64,000 nucleotides of DNA, from NCBI GenBank assembly GCA_964016885.1, contig OZ024748.1:40238001-40302000 (forward strand). Direction: 5' to 3'. This document shows, piece by piece, positions 26,264 through 40,016 of the stretch. Source of the stretch: Eledone cirrhosa (lineage: Eukaryota). The translations under genes were made by a program, and so were the position numbers. The notes below the pieces were generated by a model. The model made no database searches. It saw only the letters and a list, made by a program, of their open reading frames with translations, and had not been told where the DNA came from. Position 1 is the first letter of the stretch, and each line of letters starts with the position of its first letter.

Positions 26264-26660
26264 CAGAACTGCCAACTTCTAAAAACCTAAACGGGGAGTA
26301 CCATGGAAAAAAGTGCCCCAAAACAGGGAGAAATGATACAAAATGGAGAGATTTTATATAATTGTTTCTACTTTAGGCACAAGGCCAGCAAATTACCCAG
26401 TGCATTACTGGTACTTTATTTTATCGACCCCGTAAGGATGAAAGGCAAAGTCAACCTCGGCGGGATTTGAACTCAGATCGTAAAGGGACGTAACTATGCG
26501 GGAAAGCATGGTGTCCGACCCTCTACCGATACTGCCAATCCACCGCCCAGAGAGATTTTATATAATGAAAGCTATAGCCATTTTCACAAGGGAAGACATC
26601 TCTCACTCAAACCCAAAGTGGGTGGGAGATCCCATCAGACGAGGAGAGTTGACAGGTCTG
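26264..26660. mobile_element. TIR element with 6-bp TSD containing a family B SINE (26360-26548)
   Basis: GGACAG|CAGAACTGCCAAC...GTTGACAGGTCTG|GGACAG; the internal SINE is flanked by a duplicated GAGAGATTTTATATAAT. Confidence 0.78.
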
Positions 26661-27254
26661 GGACAGTGACTACAGAAGACATGCCTAAATGGAGAGAAAT
26701 GAAGCAACCATGCTTCATTTGATGTGCGATGCTGCCTGGTAGTGAAATATGGACAGTAACTGCAGAGGACAAGCCTAAACTGGAGAGAAATGAAGCAACT
26801 ATGATTCATTTGATGTGATGCTGCGTGGTAGTGAAATATGGACAGTAACTGCAGAGAAATGAAGCAACCATGCAAGGAAAAGGCTACAATAAGTCAGTTT
26901 TTACTTATATAATTCCATGACCATAATTTCTGGAACTCATGGTCGGGGAATTATACAAAATCTGACTTATTTTAGTCGGTCTAGCTTATATCCCCGTAAA
27001 TTGAGATTTTGGTTTAAGTTTTAATATATTTTATTACTTTTCTGAGTAGATAATTTATTAATATACTTTTCATTATATGTGTGTGTGTGTATGTATAGTG
27101 AATTGGCAGAATCAATAGGGCGTCAGACATCATGCTTTGCTGAGTTCAAATCCCACCGAGGTTAGCTTTGCCTTTCATCCTAATGGGGTCGATAAAGTAC
27201 CAGTAATGCAGATTGTTGGCCTTAATAATAAACCTCTCTCTCTATATATATATA

Positions 27255-28556
27255 CAGGGTGTTCGGGATAAATTTGACAGAATAATATTTGGTTGTTTTT
27301 TCAGATGTTTTAAATTCATTCATGCCCACTAGGCTTTATTTGAAAGTTTAAACCCTCCTTCATTCATATATGTGATGACAACGAGAATGGATGACTGGGA
27401 GCCACCTGAATCATGGAAGAGAATAACTTGTATCATGATGATTCGCGCCGGCCATCAAAATAAGGAGATTATGGTCGCTGCTCAATGCTCCCTGAACACT
27501 GTAAAAACAATCCAGCATGAACTGGAGAATTGCAATGGAGACTACGAGGCTGTGGCTAGAAGAAACATAACAGAAGATCTGATTGCTCTCGCACAGCAGA
27601 ATTCATCGAAAATCTGCAGAAAAAAGTGTTGGAGGACCCTGGCATCGGAATTCGGTCTTTGTCGCGTGAATTGAATGTTTCAGCCTCTACTATGAAAATT
27701 GCACTCAATGAAGACCTTCGCTACTACTCATACAAGCGTCGCAGAGGTCAACTTCTCACAGAAAAGGCCCGCGAAAATCGTCTGACAAAGGCGAAGAAAC
27801 TTCTGAGCAAAGTGAAACATCCTGCTGAAGCACAAACAATCTGGTTCTTTTCCGATGAGAAAAACTTTTGTCAAGATCAAAAACACAACACGCAGAATAA
27901 CAGATGACTTGCATACAGTCCAAAAGACACTCCTCAAGTCATGCAGACTAAATTTTCCCAAACTGTCATGGTTTTTGGATGTGTGTCCTCCGAGGGTGAT
28001 GTGATGCCTCCGCATTTTTTCAAACAGGGTCTCAGGTTGAATTCAGATGCCTACGTGGAATTGCTAACCACTGTAGTTAAGCCCTGGATAACAAGGGTAG
28101 CCAATAATAGGCCGTATGTATGGAAGTAGGATTCGGCCCCCTGCCACACCTCGGGGAAAAGTCAAAAATGGTTGTCAGCCAATTTTTACGACTACACCAG
28201 TCCCAATGTTTGGCCTCCGAACTCCCCTGATCTTAACCCGATGGACTATTATGTATGGGGCGCTGTAGAGAAAGACACCAATCGCCGTGCCAGTACTACA
28301 AAAGCCCAGTTAATCGACAGAATTAAAGTAGTTTTTGAGGGCCTTCCCAGGGAAAGTGTAAAACCAGCTTGCTCCAGGTCCCGGGCCCGGATTGAGGCTG
28401 TAATAGACGCTAATGGCGGTTATTTTGAGTAAAACTCTCTGACAATAGTGTAATTTCCTTGTCCATTGAATTTCTTTTAAATCAAATAAATTTTGTAGAT
28501 ACCAAGCACTTTTTCTTTTTCCTGATGAAACTGTCAAATTTATCCCGAACACCCTG
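27255..28556 (+). mobile_element. Tc1/mariner superfamily DD37D (maT) transposon, full length, inactive
   Basis: Perfect 26-bp TIR CAGGGTGTTCGGGATAAATTTGACAG with TA TSD; motifs FSDEK, DSAPCH, WPPNSPDLNPMD; 37 residues counted between the second and third Asp. Confidence 0.93.
27387..28432 (+). pseudogene. maT transposase pseudogene
   Basis: Frameshift near 27565; stops at 27905 (TGA) and 28127 (TAG). Confidence 0.88.
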
Positions 28557-28563
28557 TATATAT

Positions 28564-29013
28564 GGCATACGTTAAGACGGGCATTCGGGAAAGTGAAAGT
28601 AAACTTTTTGACAAAATTGTGAATTTTTTTTTTTTTTTTTTTACAATGAAAGTTACGATACACACGCAATTGTATGGATTTCTTAATATATATATATGTG
28701 TGTATATATATGTGTGTCTGTATGTATATATATATGTGTGTTTGTATATATATATGTGTTTGTGTCATCATCATTGTTTAACGTTTATCTAAAGAAAAAA
28801 ATAATCACACACGCAATACTAATTAACACCATATCACTATAGAGACCTGTTGTAAATAAACAAACAAATTCACAGTGTACACACATATATACACCCACAC
28901 ATATATATATATTAAGAAATCGATACAATTGCGTGTGTATCGTAACTTTCATTATAAAAAAACAAAAAAAAACAAATTCACAATGTTGTCCGGAACGCCC
29001 GTCTTAACGTATG

Positions 29014-29015
<2 letters not shown>
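28564..29015. mobile_element. Fold-back MITE with GGCATACGTTAAGA termini
   Basis: Long inverted arms; a second family member lies at 43506-44177. Confidence 0.78.
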
Positions 29016-29052
<37 letters not shown>

Positions 29053-29999
29053 TTGAGTACAGCATAGATGAAGCTCTAGTATACGGCCAAGCTAGCGTGT
29101 ATGCTTATTCGGTTTGTAGCTTTAGCACTCAGATGAGGTAAGACCCCAGAGTAATAACATTATGTTCAGACAGCTTAGCAAATCAGATATAGCAGTCGGC
29201 AGTCCGACCGCATTACCAGAGCAACGAAAATACAGGACCCAGGAAAAGATAATGTGTGCGTGTATGTGCAGCGAGTGGGTCCGTAGGAAGAAAGGAAAAC
29301 AGTGCCCTGCATAATTAATGCACATATATGTATGTATGTATATAACAAAGAGGGCATCTAGCTGTAGAAACGGCCGGAGCCCAGCCGTCGGGGTCCTGAC
29401 TCTTTCCCTATATATATATGTGTGTGTATATATATACATACATATATATATATATATATACAAACACACATAAATACATGCATATAATATATACATACAT
29501 GCATATATATATGTGTATGTGTGTGGTTTACGTTTACTGTTTTTATACTTCGAAACTTAGAGTTGGACGAAAAGAGATCGATAGAATAAGTACCAGATTG
29601 AAAAAAAACCAAACAGCATTCAGAACGTAAAAGGCCGTAACTCTATGCCACAAAGCATATTGTCCGACGCTCTACCGATTCTGCTAGTCAACCTCCCTGC
29701 TGAGAAGGACCCGTCGAACCCATGCAAGCGTGGAAAAAACGGACGTAATAACGACAACGACGATGATGATGATGACAACGTATGCTTGTATGTGTATATA
29801 TATAGGGTGTCCTCCAAAAATGTATACACACATTGATTAGAATGCTGTTGAAGTGTGTATACATTTTTTTTTTGGGGGGGGGGGGGGACACCCTGTATAT
29901 ATATATATATATGTGTATGTTTGTGTCTGGCTTGTCTCACAACGGGACAATTCGTCTAACCCATGCTAACGTGGAAAACATACGGCAAACGGTGATGAT

Positions 30000-30078
30000 G
30001 TATGCATGTGCGAGTGTATATAAGTATGTGTGTATATATATATGTGCATGCATGTATATATGTATGTATGTGTGTGTG

Positions 30079-30125
<47 letters not shown>

Positions 30126-30208
30126 GTGTATATGTATATATATATATATGTGTATATGTATATATATATATATGTGTATATATATATATATATGTGTATA
30201 TATATATA

Positions 30209-30243
<35 letters not shown>

Positions 30244-30245
30244 GC

Positions 30246-30282
<37 letters not shown>

Positions 30283-30350
30283 TATATATATATTATTCTA
30301 TGTAGGCGAGTTGTAGTGCACCTGAGCACTGTACACAATAATTTCATTAT

Positions 30351-30434
<84 letters not shown>

Positions 30435-30841
30435 GCTTATCTGACAACGGGACAACATCAATAATGAAATACCATCATCTACCTTGGTGTTAACATCTTC
30501 TAGAGCTGTGTTACTGTCGTCTGATTCCATCTTCCAGTCAGTCACTATAAACTACCAATATCTACATTACTGCTGCTTTTATACAACGAATTTCTTGGTA
30601 AAACAACTTTCTGCTTTCGTTTTCAAAATTCCGAGAAATTCTCTCATGTTTCAATGGCAGTGAGGGGAGGGGCAGATATTTTCTTCTTCTCTCTTTTATT
30701 TTTGATTACTTTTCGTTAATTTTTGTACATGTTTATTTTTATTTTTTATATGTATTTTATGAAACTGCAATGTAACAACACAAAAAATAAAAAAAAAACG
30801 AAAAGACAAACAGAAATAAACAAATACGCTCTCTCTCTCTC

Positions 30842-30936
<95 letters not shown>

Positions 30937-31003
30937 ATATATATATATATATGTGTGTGTGTGTATGTATGTGTGTATCTGGATGTATGTGTATGTATAT
31001 ATA

Positions 31004-31052
<49 letters not shown>

Positions 31053-31123
31053 ATGTGTATATATATATATGTGTGTGTGTGTATGTGTGTATGTATATGT
31101 ATGTGTGTGTGTATGTATGTGTG

Positions 31124-31164
<41 letters not shown>

Positions 31165-31205
31165 GTATATGTATGTATGTGTGGATGAAGGTATGTGTGT
31201 ATATA
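30000..31205. repeat. (TA)n/(TG)n microsatellite fields (30000-30432 and 30846-31205)
   Basis: Dinucleotide runs; these generate the YI/VC/HT-rich spurious ORFs. Confidence 0.95.
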
Positions 31206-31747
31206 TAGGTGTAAGTGCACTAAATCCCTTTCTATCACGCTCCACTCTCCTACCCATCACAGGAAGATATGTGTATGTATATTGCTTCCACCCCCTCACT
31301 GACCAGCAGCTGGCGATTGCTAAATCTGACCTTTATAAAATAACCCACACCCCAAATAACTTCTCATTCACTACCAGAAAGGGACACAGCAGTCAACCTG
31401 TTGTTGCTACCAAGATGAAAACTGCTATGAAATCCCACAATGAATTTTATACTTGAATTTTCAAGTCTCAAATTTTAACTCTTCGTATTATTAATTTTTC
31501 TTAATATTAATCAACATTTGAAAAGATGGCTTTTGCAGACCCATCGAAACCGGTCATTTTTTATACCCTTTATTATTTCCTTACCTTATAAAATTATGTT
31601 TTTTCACAAAAAAGTATTCTGTCTCTTATATATTCCATGTGCCATTACCAACCTCAATTTTCTCTCTCTCTATATATATATATATATATGTGAAGTAATT
31701 CCGTCGGAAAAGTCCAGGAAAAAAGAGTGCTCGAGGTAGAGCACACT

Positions 31748-31791
<44 letters not shown>

Positions 31792-32157
31792 ATATTAACA
31801 AATGGAAATTATATTTATAAAATCATATTTATTTCATTATATATATTTCAAGGACACCAATTATTGTGCGCTTTAATCAGATAAAATATAATATAGGTTA
31901 GTTTTATAAATAAATATTGACATACCCTTAAAAAATGCAACCATTCTGGTTGGAATCTTCTGGATAGTGGAGTTATTAGATTTATTGTTGGTTTATTATG
32001 CAAATAAGTGTCGGAAAGGTTTAAAACAGTATATTTAAATTAAGCCGTTGGAATAGGGAAAAAAAAAGAAAGAGAAAAATCGAATTTGTTGAGTGCTTTA
32101 TATCAGTTATAAAAATATTTAGCTTGTTGTATCCAACAAATTAAATATAACCTCTAC

Positions 32158-32197
<40 letters not shown>

Positions 32198-32281
32198 AAA
32201 AGGTAAACACAAATAACAACACAATCGGTACAGTATATGTAAGGGATATATTAGGTTAAGGCTTGATATAGCAGGAAGAGG

Positions 32282-32365
<84 letters not shown>

Positions 32366-32497
32366 ATACATATATATATACATACATCATATATATGCAT
32401 GTGTGTGTGTGTATGTGTGTGTGTGATAGGGTGTAGTAAAAACCAATTAGACCATAACCCATCAGAATACTCGATACTTGGGGTAGTTGAGTGGGTA

Positions 32498-32609
32498 ATA
32501 TGAAAAGATTCAGGACCCCGACGGCTGAGCTCTGGCCGTTTCGACAGCGAGATACATTCGCATCTCGCTGTTGAAACGGCCGGAGCTCAGCCGTCGGGGT
32601 CCTGAATCT

Positions 32610-32617
<8 letters not shown>
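32498..32617. repeat. ~120-bp near-perfect palindrome derived from a dispersed repeat
   Basis: ATATGAAAAGATTCAGGACCCCGACGGCTGAGCTC...GAGCTCAGCCGTCGGGGTCCTGAATCTTTTCATAT. Single-arm homologues at ~29358-29407 and ~35004-35050. Confidence 0.9.
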
Positions 32618-32654
<37 letters not shown>

Positions 32655-32849
32655 CGCTGAGATACAACCGGTACTGGCATTGATAAATATGTTGGGTCCG
32701 CCAACTCCTTATTATATATATGCAGTAATACAGATGACCCACCTTCTCCCGTGCACGGGTTGAAACATACATCTATCCCACATCTCTAGATCTACATCCC
32801 AATGTTCATATAGAACTGTTTCTACAGCTGGATGCCCTTCCTAACGCCA

Positions 32850-33102
32850 ACCACATTTACAGTGTGAACAAGGTACATTTTGTTGTGGCACCTACACGAC
32901 CACTTTACAGTATGGACTGGGTACTTTTTGTTGTGGCACCTACACGACCACTTTACAGTGTGGATTGGGTACATTTTGTTGCGACACCTACACGACCACT
33001 TTACAGTGTGGACTGGGTACATTTTGTTGTGACACCTACATGACCACTTTACAGTGTGGACTGGGTACTTTTTGTTGTGGTACCTACACGACCACTTTAC
33101 AG
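32850..33102 (-). repeat. 48-bp tandem repeat amplified from a SINE body
   Basis: CCACTTTACAGTGTGGACTGGGTAC...CACCTACACGA x5, contiguous with the family A SINE motif TTCTACAGCTGGATGCCCTTCCTAAC. Confidence 0.85.
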
Positions 33103-33115
33103 AGTACACACATAT

Positions 33116-34120
33116 GAATTGGCTGTCAGAAGTGAAAGTAGAAGAATGTGACGTCATTCGTCAACCTTCGTTTATTTCCGTATCCCCACCACCACCATGT
33201 ATAAATAAATAAACTTTGAAATCACCACGTTGAATGCAAAACTTGGTTTTTCACTTTGGGATAATACACGTATTTGCAACTTGAAAAATATGAATTCTAC
33301 ATTATACTCCAGCGTGGAATTAATCATCGCGATATTTATATTTCCATCGCTACCCCTACTACAGCAGATACCATTAATTGGTTGAAAAAACATGGACTTA
33401 ATCCTGTCTGTTATTAAAAGGTTCCCGAGTAGTATAGTAAATTAAAGCCTTTACGAACGGAACTATGCAATGAAAGTATTTTTAATAAATGTATCTCATC
33501 GTAAACGTATCTCTTAGAAATTCATAAATGGCTGTGTAAACCCTTACACTTTAAAACAAAATTACAAACCAATTATGTGGTCATTGAAGTTGCTAGAAAT
33601 AGCAGGCAAATCTTATACCATCTACCATATTAAAAAAAGAAAAAACGAAAACGGGAGTAACTCGTTAATATTTATTGAAATATTCGAAGCGTTACTGCTT
33701 CGGACGTGATAAAAAGGAAATTATAGAGAATTTTAAATATTTCAAAAGCACAAGCAATCGTCAAGAACTTTATATACTAATTCCTTTCTTTCTGTGTTCG
33801 TGGCTGCTGAGTATCAACCATCCATAAATAATTTTTACCCGCTAAGAATCTCAATGGGGAAAATTTTCTTCAATTTCTGCCAGTATTACAAAACAAGGTT
33901 ATCTTGTAGTTACCCGCGTTAAATTGTTTTTTTTTAAAGAAAGTCGGTAGTGTCGGCCCCATGAACTCCATTTGCTTTTAATTTGATAACTATGACTATG
34001 CATCAACGTGGTGATTTCAAAGTTTATTTATTTACACATGGTGGTGGTGGGGATACGGAAATAAACGAAGGTTGACGAATGACGTCACATTCTTCTACTT
34101 TCACTTCTGACAGCCAATTC
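33116..34120. mobile_element. 1-kb non-coding TIR element with ~118-bp TIRs, unclassified
   Basis: GAATTGGCTGTCAGAAGTG...CACCACGTTGA (33116-33233) is the near-perfect reverse complement of 34003-34120; no TSD recognised. Confidence 0.8.
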
Positions 34121-34755
34121 CGTTGTAGTGCCCTTTATTTTATCGACCCCGTAAGGATGAAAGGCAAAGTTATCGAAGGCGGGATTTGAAGTCAGAATGG
34201 CGAGGGCCGTAACTCTATGCGTCAAAACATGGTGCCCGATCCTCTAGCGACACTGCTAGTCCACCGCCCTTTAGTAGTAGTAATAATAATAATAGTAGCA
34301 ACAGTAGTAGTAGTAGTAGTATGCCTGTAGCTGTTAGGGAAGAGAGGTAAAGCAGGAGGAGGAAGGTGTAGTGAAATAGTTGAGCGACAGGCACCTCCTT
34401 TTTATAGATTTGAAATTCCTAGAAAAAACATTATGTACGGAGTTCTACCTATTCCATGAAATTGTCTGCTAATTATAGCAGTTGTTAACAGCAGCTGATA
34501 CTGGTGCTGTTGCTACTACTACTACTACTACTACTACAGCAGCAGCACCTGATATTGGTGCTGTTGCTACTACTACGACTACAGCTGACGCTACTACTAC
34601 TACTACAGCAGCCGCTGATACTATTACTACTCCAACAACTATTATTGCTACTACTACTACTACTGCTGCCACTACAGTTGTTGCTGCTTTCAAATGTGTT
34701 GTCTTTTATCAATGACAAAATACAACACATGCTTCATATGTTTATATTTACTTAA

Positions 34756-34916
34756 CCCTTTAGCATTTAAACTGGCCATAACTGGCTGTTCATACTTATG
34801 TTAAGGTATTGTTCTCAAAATAAATATCAAAATCTCGTAGATTCGATATTATATGAGGCAAAGCCTTTACCATGAAAATACAATAGTATATATAGAGTAA
34901 TGTAAATGATAAAGGG
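34756..34916 (-). mobile_element. piggyBac-like MITE, single-unit form (partial copy at 35452-35620)
   Basis: TTAA|CCCTTTAGCATTTA ... TAAATGATAAAGGG|TTAA with one copy of the 72-bp-type unit. Confidence 0.85.
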
Positions 34917-36544
34917 TTAAATAAATCTGGATGGATTCAGTTAGAAACTGGTTAGACCATTACTTACCAGAGTACTCAATATTTGGGGTAGTAGAGTATG
35001 GGACTAGCTGTTGAAATGGCAAGAGCTCAGCCGTCAGGGTCCAGACTCTTACATTATATACAATAACAACAACAACAGACATTATGTAAAGTTAGAAATA
35101 TTTTAATTACATCACCTCCCCCAAAATCTTAATTATAATGAAAATTAATTGCAATACATTGGCAGTCTGATGAGAATTAAAAACACAAGGAATTACAATA
35201 CATAACGACAGAATTGTTGAAAACATCAGCTGGAATCCTTTCTCAAATATTTCAGTTCTTGCATTCAGGGTCCATATCCCACTGAAGTCAATTTTGCCTT
35301 TTCTCCTGCTGGGGTCAAGAAATGCCAATCTAGGATGGTGGCTTGATCTGACCATTGTTAAAACATCAGATAGGAGATATCTTCTTGTATTTCATCCAGT
35401 CCTCCCAACACGCACACCTCTTTTTTTTTATTTTTTGCGTTCTTACTTTAACCCTTTAGCATTTAAACCAGCCGTGTTCAAGCCATATCTGCCCAAGATT
35501 CTCTCACTTCTTTCTGTTCAAACCAGCCATAACTGACTGCTCATATTTATGTTAGGGTATTGTTCTCAAAAATAAATAATATCCAAACCTCAGATTCAAT
35601 ATTATGTGAGATAAAGTGTTTACCAGACACCACCTTGGAGGATATAGAGTTGGCACAGGACCACCAGCAATGGAGGACACTGGTGGAGCTGGATGCCCTT
35701 CCTAACACCAACCTCATTTACAGTGAGTGCTGGGTGCTTTTTTGCCGTGGCACCTCCACGACCACTTTACAGTGGAATGATATGGACCCCAGTCCCTATC
35801 ATCTCATTTCTACAGCTGATTAAACTGGAGCAATGTGAAACAAAGTGTCTTGCTCAAGGAAACAACACATCACCCGGTCTGAGAATTGAACTCACAACCT
35901 TTCGATTGCAAGGCCAATGCTCTAACCACTAAGCCATGTGCCTCCATATATATATATATATATGAGTAGGCCCCCTTTGGTCACAAATGACCAAGGTTTT
36001 TCACCTAGAAAGTTCCCTTCTGAGGCACAATGCCTAGGAAAGGTGTGTTTGTGGAAGACCAGCAATCGCCCATACATACCAGTCTCCCCTCTCCATGCCA
36101 CCAATGTTGTCCAATACAGCTTGGCACTAGAGATGTTGCAACTCATTTCAGAGTAAACTGGAGCAACATGAAATAGAGTACTTGGCTCAAGATCACAACA
36201 CACCGCCCGATCCAGGATTCAAATTCAAAACCTTACCACTGTAAGCCCAATGTCCTAACCACTAACCTCACGCCCTCATATATATATAGTTCGGAATAAC
36301 AGAAAATAAAAAAAAACAAACAAACACAGGAGTAAATGTTACAAACATTATTAGTTTCACGCTTGGTGAGAGTGAAGTGGGGTGGGTTGTGACGTTTCGG
36401 GCATAAGCCCTTCACCAGGAAAGTGGCGAGGAGGAACTCCAAGGAGTGAATGTACTCATGGAATGACCGTAAGGTGATGCATTCAACTACAACACAGATA
36501 CTATATTTCACATCACTCCAAAAATGAGTTGAACCTGTAATTAA

Positions 36545-36767
36545 CCCTTTAGCATTTATATTACTCAATATATACTATTGTAATTTTGTGGTAAAGGCTT
36601 TACCTTGCCTAATTATCTCACATAATATCAAACCTATGAGATTTTGATATTATTTATTTTGAGAACAATACCTTAACATCAGTATGAGTGACCAGTTACA
36701 GCTGGTATGAACAGAAAGAGGTGAGAGAATTCTGGCTAGATACGGCCGGTTTAAATGGTAAAAAGGG
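36545..36767 (+). mobile_element. piggyBac-like MITE, single-unit form
   Basis: TTAA|CCCTTTAGCATTTA...TTAAATGGTAAAAAGGG; same body as 9999-10562. Confidence 0.8.
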
Positions 36768-36974
36768 TTTAAGGGGCTAGCATTTTCACGTTGACTCCTC
36801 CTGAAAAACTACATTAAGGGTACACACACGTCTGTGGAATACTCAACCACTTTCACGTTAATTTCACATGCAGTTGGTTAAACCAACTGGGGCACTTGTT
36901 GGAAACAATGAAGGTCAAAGAACTCATAGATTAGAAACACAAAAATACAAACGATGACTTGCTCTGGGTGTGAA

Positions 36975-37425
36975 GTTCATAGTACCCTCTAACAAGCTTG
37001 TACACACCATCCCACAGAGAAGGGCAAATAGTTCATAGTACCCTCTAACAAGCTTGTACACACCATCCCAGAGAGGGGGCAAATAGTTCATAGTACCCTC
37101 TAACAAGCTTGTACACACATTCCCACAGAGAGGGGCAAATAGTTCATAGTACCCTCTAACAAGCTTGTACACACCATCCTAGAGAGATACAAATAGTTCA
37201 TAGAACCCTGTAACAAGCTTGTACACACTATCCTAGAGAGAGACAAATAGTTCATAGTACCCTCTAACAAGCTTGTACACACTATCCTAGAGAGAGACAA
37301 ATAGTTCATAGTACCCTCTAACAAGCTTGTACACACAATCCCACAGAGACGGGCAAATAGTTCATAGTACCCTCTAACAAGCTTATACACACCATCCTAG
37401 AGAGAGACAAATAGTTCATAGTATC
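36975..37425. repeat. ~53-56-bp minisatellite
   Basis: GTTCATAGTACCCTCTAACAAGCTTGTACACA...CAAATA x8. Confidence 0.95.
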
Positions 37426-37502
37426 CACGTCCCACATAGAGAAGTAAATGTTTGTTTATGCCAGCATTGTAAGTAAACATTAACATCATGCATGAATATG
37501 CA

Positions 37503-38518
37503 AAACGTGTAGTCTGGTATAGGTCAGTTGCTACCCTAAACATGTAGTCTGGTATAGGTCAGCTGCTACCCTAAACATGTTGTCTGGTATAGGTTAGCTG
37601 CTACCCTAAACATGTAGTCTGGTATAGGTCAGCTGCTACCCTAAACATGTAGTCTGGTATAGGTCAGCTGCTACCCTAAACATGTAGTCTGGTATAGGTC
37701 AGCTGCTACCCTAAACATGTAGTCTGGTATAGGTCAGCTGCTACCCTAAACATGTAGTCTGGTATAGGTCAGTTGCTACCCTAAATGTGTAGTCTGGTAT
37801 AGGTCAGCTGCTCCCTTAAACATGTAGTCTGGTATAGGTCAGTTGCTACCCTAAATGTGTAGTCTGGTATAGGTCAGTTGCTACCCTAAATGTGTAGTCT
37901 GGTATAGGTCAGCTGCTCCCTTAAACATGTAGTCTGGTATAGGTCAGTTGCTACCCTAAATGTGTAGTCTGGTATAGGTCAGCTGCTACCCTAAACATGT
38001 TGTCTGGTATAGGTTAGCTGCTACCCTAAACATGTAGTCTGGTATAGGTCAGCTGCTACCCTAAACATGTAGTCTGGTATAGGTCAGCTGCTACCCTAAA
38101 CATGTAGTCTGGTATAGGTCAGCTGCTACCCTAAACATGTAGTCTGGTATAGGTCAGTTGCTACCCTAAATGTGTAGTCTGGTATAGGTCAGCTGCTACC
38201 CTAAACATGTAGTCTGGTATAGGTCAGTTGCTACCCTAAATGTGTAGTCTGGTATAGGTCAGCTGCTCCCTTAAACGTAGTCTGGTATAGGTCAGTTGCT
38301 ACCCTAAATGTGTAGTCTGGTATAGGTCAGTTGCTACCCTAAATGTGTAGTCTGGTATAGGTCAGCTGCTCCCTTAAACATGTAGTCTGGTATAGGTCAG
38401 TTGCTACCCTAAATGTGAAGTCTGGTATAGGTCAGCTGCTACCCTAAACATGTAGTCTGGTATAGGTCAGTTGCTACCCTAAATGTGTAGTCTGGTATAG
38501 GTCAGTTGCTACTCTAAA
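37503..38518. repeat. 35-bp minisatellite (~29 units)
   Basis: CATGTAGTCTGGTATAGGTCAGCTGCTACCCTAAA head to tail, no spacers. Confidence 0.97.
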
Positions 38519-38957
38519 GCTCATACAATGTATAGTCATTCAATTAGGAGCACAGATTTAAAATCACTGATAAATCTGTTCGTTTCAGACATAAAACACA
38601 TCTGTTATGATATCTGGTTATGTCCTAGACTGTATTGGCAATAACTGGGATTATTTTAACTGAATGTTTTATTTTATTTCCACACAACCACAAGTGAAGT
38701 TGCAAACAGTATTTATGAAAAGCAACAAGCAATATATGTAGAGGTCAAGATATAAATATAAATGACATATATATACGAGTGTATATTATATATATATATA
38801 TATATAAATATATATATATCAACACATCATCATTTAATGTTTTTCCCTGCTAGCAAGGGTTGCACTGATCTTTACAGAATATATATATATATACACACAT
38901 GATTGTCTGCATAGAGTTGAAAATGCTGGAATAATTTGGTTCTTTCCTGATTGTTTC

Positions 38958-39010
<53 letters not shown>

Positions 39011-40016
39011 GTTGACACGGTATGTGCGAGGAGGACCTGGAGACTATGAAAGGACACTGAGAAAACAATTCAATGTAACAGACTGAGAAGAGTGGAGTAA
39101 AACTACAGTCTAGCATGCAAACATGGCAGGGATAAACAGACTAACTTTTTGATGTGAGAGTTGAAGAGGGTAATATTAAAAGTGAAACTGAAGAAAGACA
39201 AAGACAATGTTTTCAAATATCATAAATATTTGATTTGAAAAATGTTTCTGAATGCTACAGCTCAACTATTACCTGTGCTGGCAATGAAGGAATTCTCTCA
39301 CCAAGTGAATGGTAGTGAGACAGCGACATTGATTGCCAATAACAAGCAAAAGTTAACAAAGAAATGAGGCTAGCATGATTGGCGCTTGTTGTGTAATGTC
39401 AGTGTACAGGAATGACAAAGCACAGATGAGTTGAAGGAGAATTAAATGTAGTGTAGAGGAAACATTACACTGGTACAGGTTTGTAATGTGTCTGGATGAC
39501 TTGATGATGGTCGTTTGGTGAAAAAGTACCAGGAGTTCCATGGTCGTTCAGTGAAGAAGTAGCAGGAGTTCCAAGTAGATGGTTGCTTGCAGGGCTGGAG
39601 TATAATATTGGCAGAGATGCTGAGAGCTGGTCTTTAAATGCTGGACCTCACAGAGGAATGAAATGAAAGAGATACATGAAGGAGGAGAAGGAAGAGAGGT
39701 GTGCTGGAAAAAACTCGTCCAAACCATGCAAGCATGGAAAAGCAGATGTAAAAGTGATGATGGTGTTGATGATGATAATGATGATGATGAGGATTTCCAA
39801 ATGTTTTAAGAAGGTTTCATATTTTAAAACACTCCTACTCAACTATCTGAATTTCTTCTTTTTCCCACACCCACTCCATTAGAACTTTTTGAATCCTTCC
39901 TGTTTTACCCTAGAGGAATTGCAGACTTGGGATTTTTATTGTTCATGGATTATATTGGGATACATAGGGATCTCTGTGCCAAATTTGGTAGAGATATACT
40001 GAGAAATGGTGTTTTT

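Noticed and set aside
28521-28535. CTGATGA as a hammerhead (also 41846-41852)
   Set aside because: No stem II-GAAA-stem III-stem I arrangement; the first overlaps the maT TIR boundary.
29833-32772. Many YI/VC/HT-rich ORFs
   Set aside because: Products of (TA)n/(TG)n microsatellites.
37503-38518. 35-bp repeats as a CRISPR array
   Set aside because: Head-to-tail units with no unique spacers, no cas genes, eukaryotic context.
38990-39650. Possible host exons (also 22000-22560 and 24490-24660)
   Set aside because: No sustained ORF; they look like old LINE remnants but are too decayed to classify by eye.
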